Positions 60,922-64,000 of a stretch of 64,000 nucleotides of DNA are shown in pieces. A program made the position numbers and the translations under genes. The stretch is taken from NCBI RefSeq assembly GCF_000372725.1, contig NW_005201392.1, forward strand, positions 66,521 through 130,520, written 5' to 3'. This stretch comes from Emiliania huxleyi CCMP1516 (lineage: Eukaryota). The notes under the pieces are model-generated. The model was not told where the DNA came from. It was given only the letters and a program-made list of their open reading frames with translations, and ran no database searches. Position 1 is the first letter of the stretch. Each line of letters opens with the position of its first letter.

Positions 60922-63565
60922 ATCTCTCCCCGTATCTCCCCGTATCTCCCCGTATCTCCCCATGTCTCGTACACGACGGACCTGATTCTTGGTGCTCGTC
61001 GCGTTCCACGCCGTGCCCGCGAGCCTACGTGGGAGAGATGGGGAGATGTGGGGAGATGTGGGGAGATATGGAGCGCCGTGCCCGCGAGCCTGCGTGCTGA
61101 ACACGCCAACATCAGGCTGCGAATACAGCGAACATAGCGGAATACGTTCGAATACGGCGGAGTGCGTGTCCTCTCGAGCGCTAGTTGGGGTACAAGACTC
61201 CGCGTTCCCCTTCTAGGCCCGCGCGCGAGATGGACGCGACGAGCAGCCCGACAACGATGTCGAGCGCAGAGTGGCGGCGGTGCGAGAAGGGGTTGCAGCC
61301 GTCGTCCGGGTGTGACGCGAGGGCTGAGTAGCAGAGGAAGGTGGCGTAGGCGGTGACCGCCGCGGAGGTGAGCAGGGTGCCGTGAGGCGCAATCTTGGAG
61401 CATGAGAGGACGGAGAGGACCTAATATTCATTCGCGTCCGTCGCCAGCGCCTGGTGTGGATGCGGATGCATGGTGGCGAGATGGCGGACCACGCACGCAA
61501 TCAGGGTGAGCGAGATGATGGTCTGCTGCGCCGGGCACTCCGAGGAGCCTATCGCGAGGAGTGACTTCCGAGTCATGGACGAGCCCCTCCGCTGCTGCGC
61601 CGGGCATGCGCGAGGGGTGCGGGTGGTGGTGGGGTAGAGCAGGGCCACGGGCAATCTCGGGCGATCTCGGGCAATCTCGGGCAGTCTCCGCCGAAGTGGN
61701 NNNNNNNNNNNNNNNNNNNNNNNNNNNNNNNNNNNNNNNNNNNNNNNNNNNNNNNNNNNNNNNNNNNNNNNNNNNNNNNNNNNNNNNNNNNNNNNNNNNN
61801 NNNNNNNNNNNNNNNNNNNNNNNNGAATTTCATAATACGGGGGAGGTATGTTGGGGGGGGGTCGGGGGAGGTATGTTGGGGGGGAGTTCGGGGGAGGTAT
61901 GGGGAGAGGTGGGGGAGGTACGGGGGAGGTATGGGGGAGGTGCGGGGGAGGGACGGGGAGGGATGGGGGAGGTATGGGGGGGGGGGTACGGGGGAGAGAT
62001 GGGCAAGGCCTGCAGCAGCAGAAAGGCGAAGGACGCGTAGCGCGCAAACTCGCGGTAGCCCTGCAGGACACTGTTGTCGAGGAATAGGGTCGTGACGAGC
62101 AGCGAAAGCAGCAGGCAAATCTTTGCGATCCAGAAGCCGCGGTGCGCGCGCGCGCCGAACTTGGTCGTGCCGCAGGTGAGTAGCGCCATGGCGCCTGCAG
62201 GGGCGTGGACGTGTCGTGGGCGTGTCGTGGACGTGTCGTGGACGTGTCGTGGACGTGTCGTGGACGTGTCGTGGACGTGTCGTGGGCGTGTCGTGGGCGT
62301 GGCGTGGGCGTGGCGTGGGCGTGTCGTGGGCGTGTCGTGGGCGTGGCGTGGGCCGTCGTCGCATGGGTTTCCCCGGGAGCGGGGCGGGGTGGGGTAGCGA
62401 GGTGGGGGTGGCGGGGGAGGGGGGGTGGGGTGGCGGGGGGAGGTGGGGTGGCGGGGGCGGGGTGGGGGGGTGGGGTGGCGCGGCGCGGCGGCGCCGAAAA
62501 AGAGGGCGAGGACAAAGGAGAAGCGGTAGATGGAGAAGGCGCCTGGCGACAGGCTCGGGGCTACGGGTATGGGGGACTCGCCTGGCGAGGGGCGGCGCCT
62601 TCTTTCTAGGCGCCCGGGACCCGACGCAGAAGGGCGCTTGTGTGTAGCCCCCCCCGATGGGGCGTCCTCTAAAAAAAGGGAGGCAGGGAGGAGGAAGGGA
62701 GGGAGGAGACAGGGGGGGGACAGGGAGGAGACAGAGAGGAGGCGCAGGGGTCGAGATGGGGCGAGTGGACGGGGAGGTGGCGGTGCGGCGGGGGCGGGCG
62801 GAAGTGTCGCGGAGGTGTCGCGGAGGTGTCGCGCAAGTGTCGCGCCTCCGCAGACGTCGGCGCAGCAGATGATCCACCCGTGCGGGTGCCTATTCACAGC
62901 TACAGCCGTGAAGAGACGCCGTCCACGCCTCCACCCATCTCCACCCGTGGGCGCGACCTCGACTTACACCAAAAGGAAGTGTCTAGGGAGTGTCTAGGGA
63001 GTGTCTAGGAAGTGTCTAGGAAGTGTCTAGGAAGTGTCGCGCGCCTCGACTTGCACCAGAAGCGGTCGTTCCAAAAGGACTCGGCTGCGTGAGGGGGGGT
63101 GGCAGGGGAGGTGTGTGTGTGGGGGGGAGGGGTCGTGGGGAGGTGTAGGAGGCGGAAGGGCCTGCGAACGGAGCTCGCGCGGCTCCTCCGCGACACCGCG
63201 CGCCTCTCCCTCACTCCTCTCCCCGCCGCGTCTCTCCCCGCCGCGCAGGCGGGACGGCTGCACTCGCGCTCACCCGAGCTAGACGCGCTGCTCATCGCCT
63301 GCTCCTTCATGTGCTCGAGCCAGCCCTCCGCGGTGCTGTTGTACCCGCTGCCGAAGAGGACGATGTCGCCACCGCCGCTCCCGAACGCGAGCGCGCACAG
63401 CACGAACAGCGACAGCAGCAGGATGTACGCCACGCTCGCCGCGCGGCTCGTGGTGATGCACGCGCAGCCGCAGGCCTTGCAGGCGAGAGCACCGCAGCAG
63501 GAGGCGAGTAGCGAGCCGCAGCATGACGCCGCCATGCTGAAAGGGACCGTGAGGAGGGCGCCCAT
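60091..63565 (-). CDS. SERINC: Serine incorporator (Serinc/TDE/TMS1) membrane protein, multi-exon, spans an assembly gap
   Basis: MGALLTVPFSMAASCCGS..CCGALAC; AHRGFWIAK; ARYASFAFLLLQ; WYYHLMMATCALYLSMLLTGWS; FWVKVV|SQWICLLLYSWTLLAPYLLRDHRDF. Confidence 0.9.
60669..60920. repeat. Dispersed repeat family D, copy 3, inside a Serinc intron
   Basis: Near-identical to 337-506; flanked by (TCAGG)n-like pentamers and (TG)n. Confidence 0.9.
61700..61824. other. Assembly gap (N run)
   Basis: Run of N inside a Serinc intron. Confidence 1.
62203..62352. repeat. Intronic 11-bp satellite (GGACGTGTCGT)n
   Basis: Visible tandem array; related units also at 22355-22410 and 28585-28690. Confidence 0.9.
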
Positions 63566-64000
63566 CCCGGAGTTTACAGGCGTCTCGCAGCTGCGTATTC
63601 TCGTACTAGCTGAGGGGCTCGCTAAACGCTCGCCGAGCTCCATGCTGTGCAACACCACCTCCTCACTAATCGTCAGGGGCGCGGAGAGCGCAGTGCACTA
63701 CGGTGAGGCTGCGCAGCGGGCACCCCCTGCACCGCGCTCAGCGGCGCAGGGGAGGGCGGTCGGTGGCGGCGGCGGCGAGGCGCGAGGCGGTGGCGGCGGT
63801 GGTGCGGGCGGCGGGATGACAGGGGAGGCGGCGGGATTGACAGGGGAGGCGGCGGCCACGAGCGGAGCGGCGCGAGAAGGGGGGGGGGCGGCGGCGAGGC
63901 GGCGAGGCGCCGGTGAGCGAGGCGCCCGCGCCATCAGAGGGACGCGCCGCTGCGAGATGGAGGGCGGCGGTGACGGAGGCGAGGCGCGAGGCGGCGGCGG

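Noticed and set aside
63698..64000. Pro-rich minus-strand ORF at the window end
   Set aside because: Too short and low-complexity to assign; it may belong to a gene beyond the window.

Overview
Eukaryotic, very GC-rich genomic DNA with short introns that often use GC-AG splice sites and are filled with 10-11 bp satellites. This pattern fits a haptophyte alga such as Emiliania/Gephyrocapsa huxleyi (inferred from style, not from a search). Recognisable genes in order: catechol O-methyltransferase (-); a large receptor-like gene with beta-helix repeats, Cys-rich GCC2/GCC3 repeats, a ~9-TM domain and tandem TIR domains (+); a JmjC dioxygenase (-); a ~17 kb TRRAP/Tra1 gene (-); TFIIH p34/Tfb4 (+); an intronless ORF with a ParB/Srx-like motif (+); a truncated PEX1 AAA pseudogene (-); a secreted pentapeptide-repeat protein (+); a patchwork of gene fragments (WW, LINE-ORF1-like RRM, LRR, sulfatase); adenosine deaminase (+); two small targeted proteins; PDCD2/TSR4-like (+); a GT-B glycosyltransferase-like gene (-); a TraB-family gene (-); and Serinc (-). 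There are four dispersed short repeat families and two assembly gaps. The most striking signal is that at least a dozen introns in unrelated genes are built as an 18-33 bp duplication of the exon junction around a low-complexity filler, with the duplication supplying the splice sites. Two of these units are amplified into head-to-tail arrays of ~62-63 bp. Exon boundaries were read by eye and are approximate.
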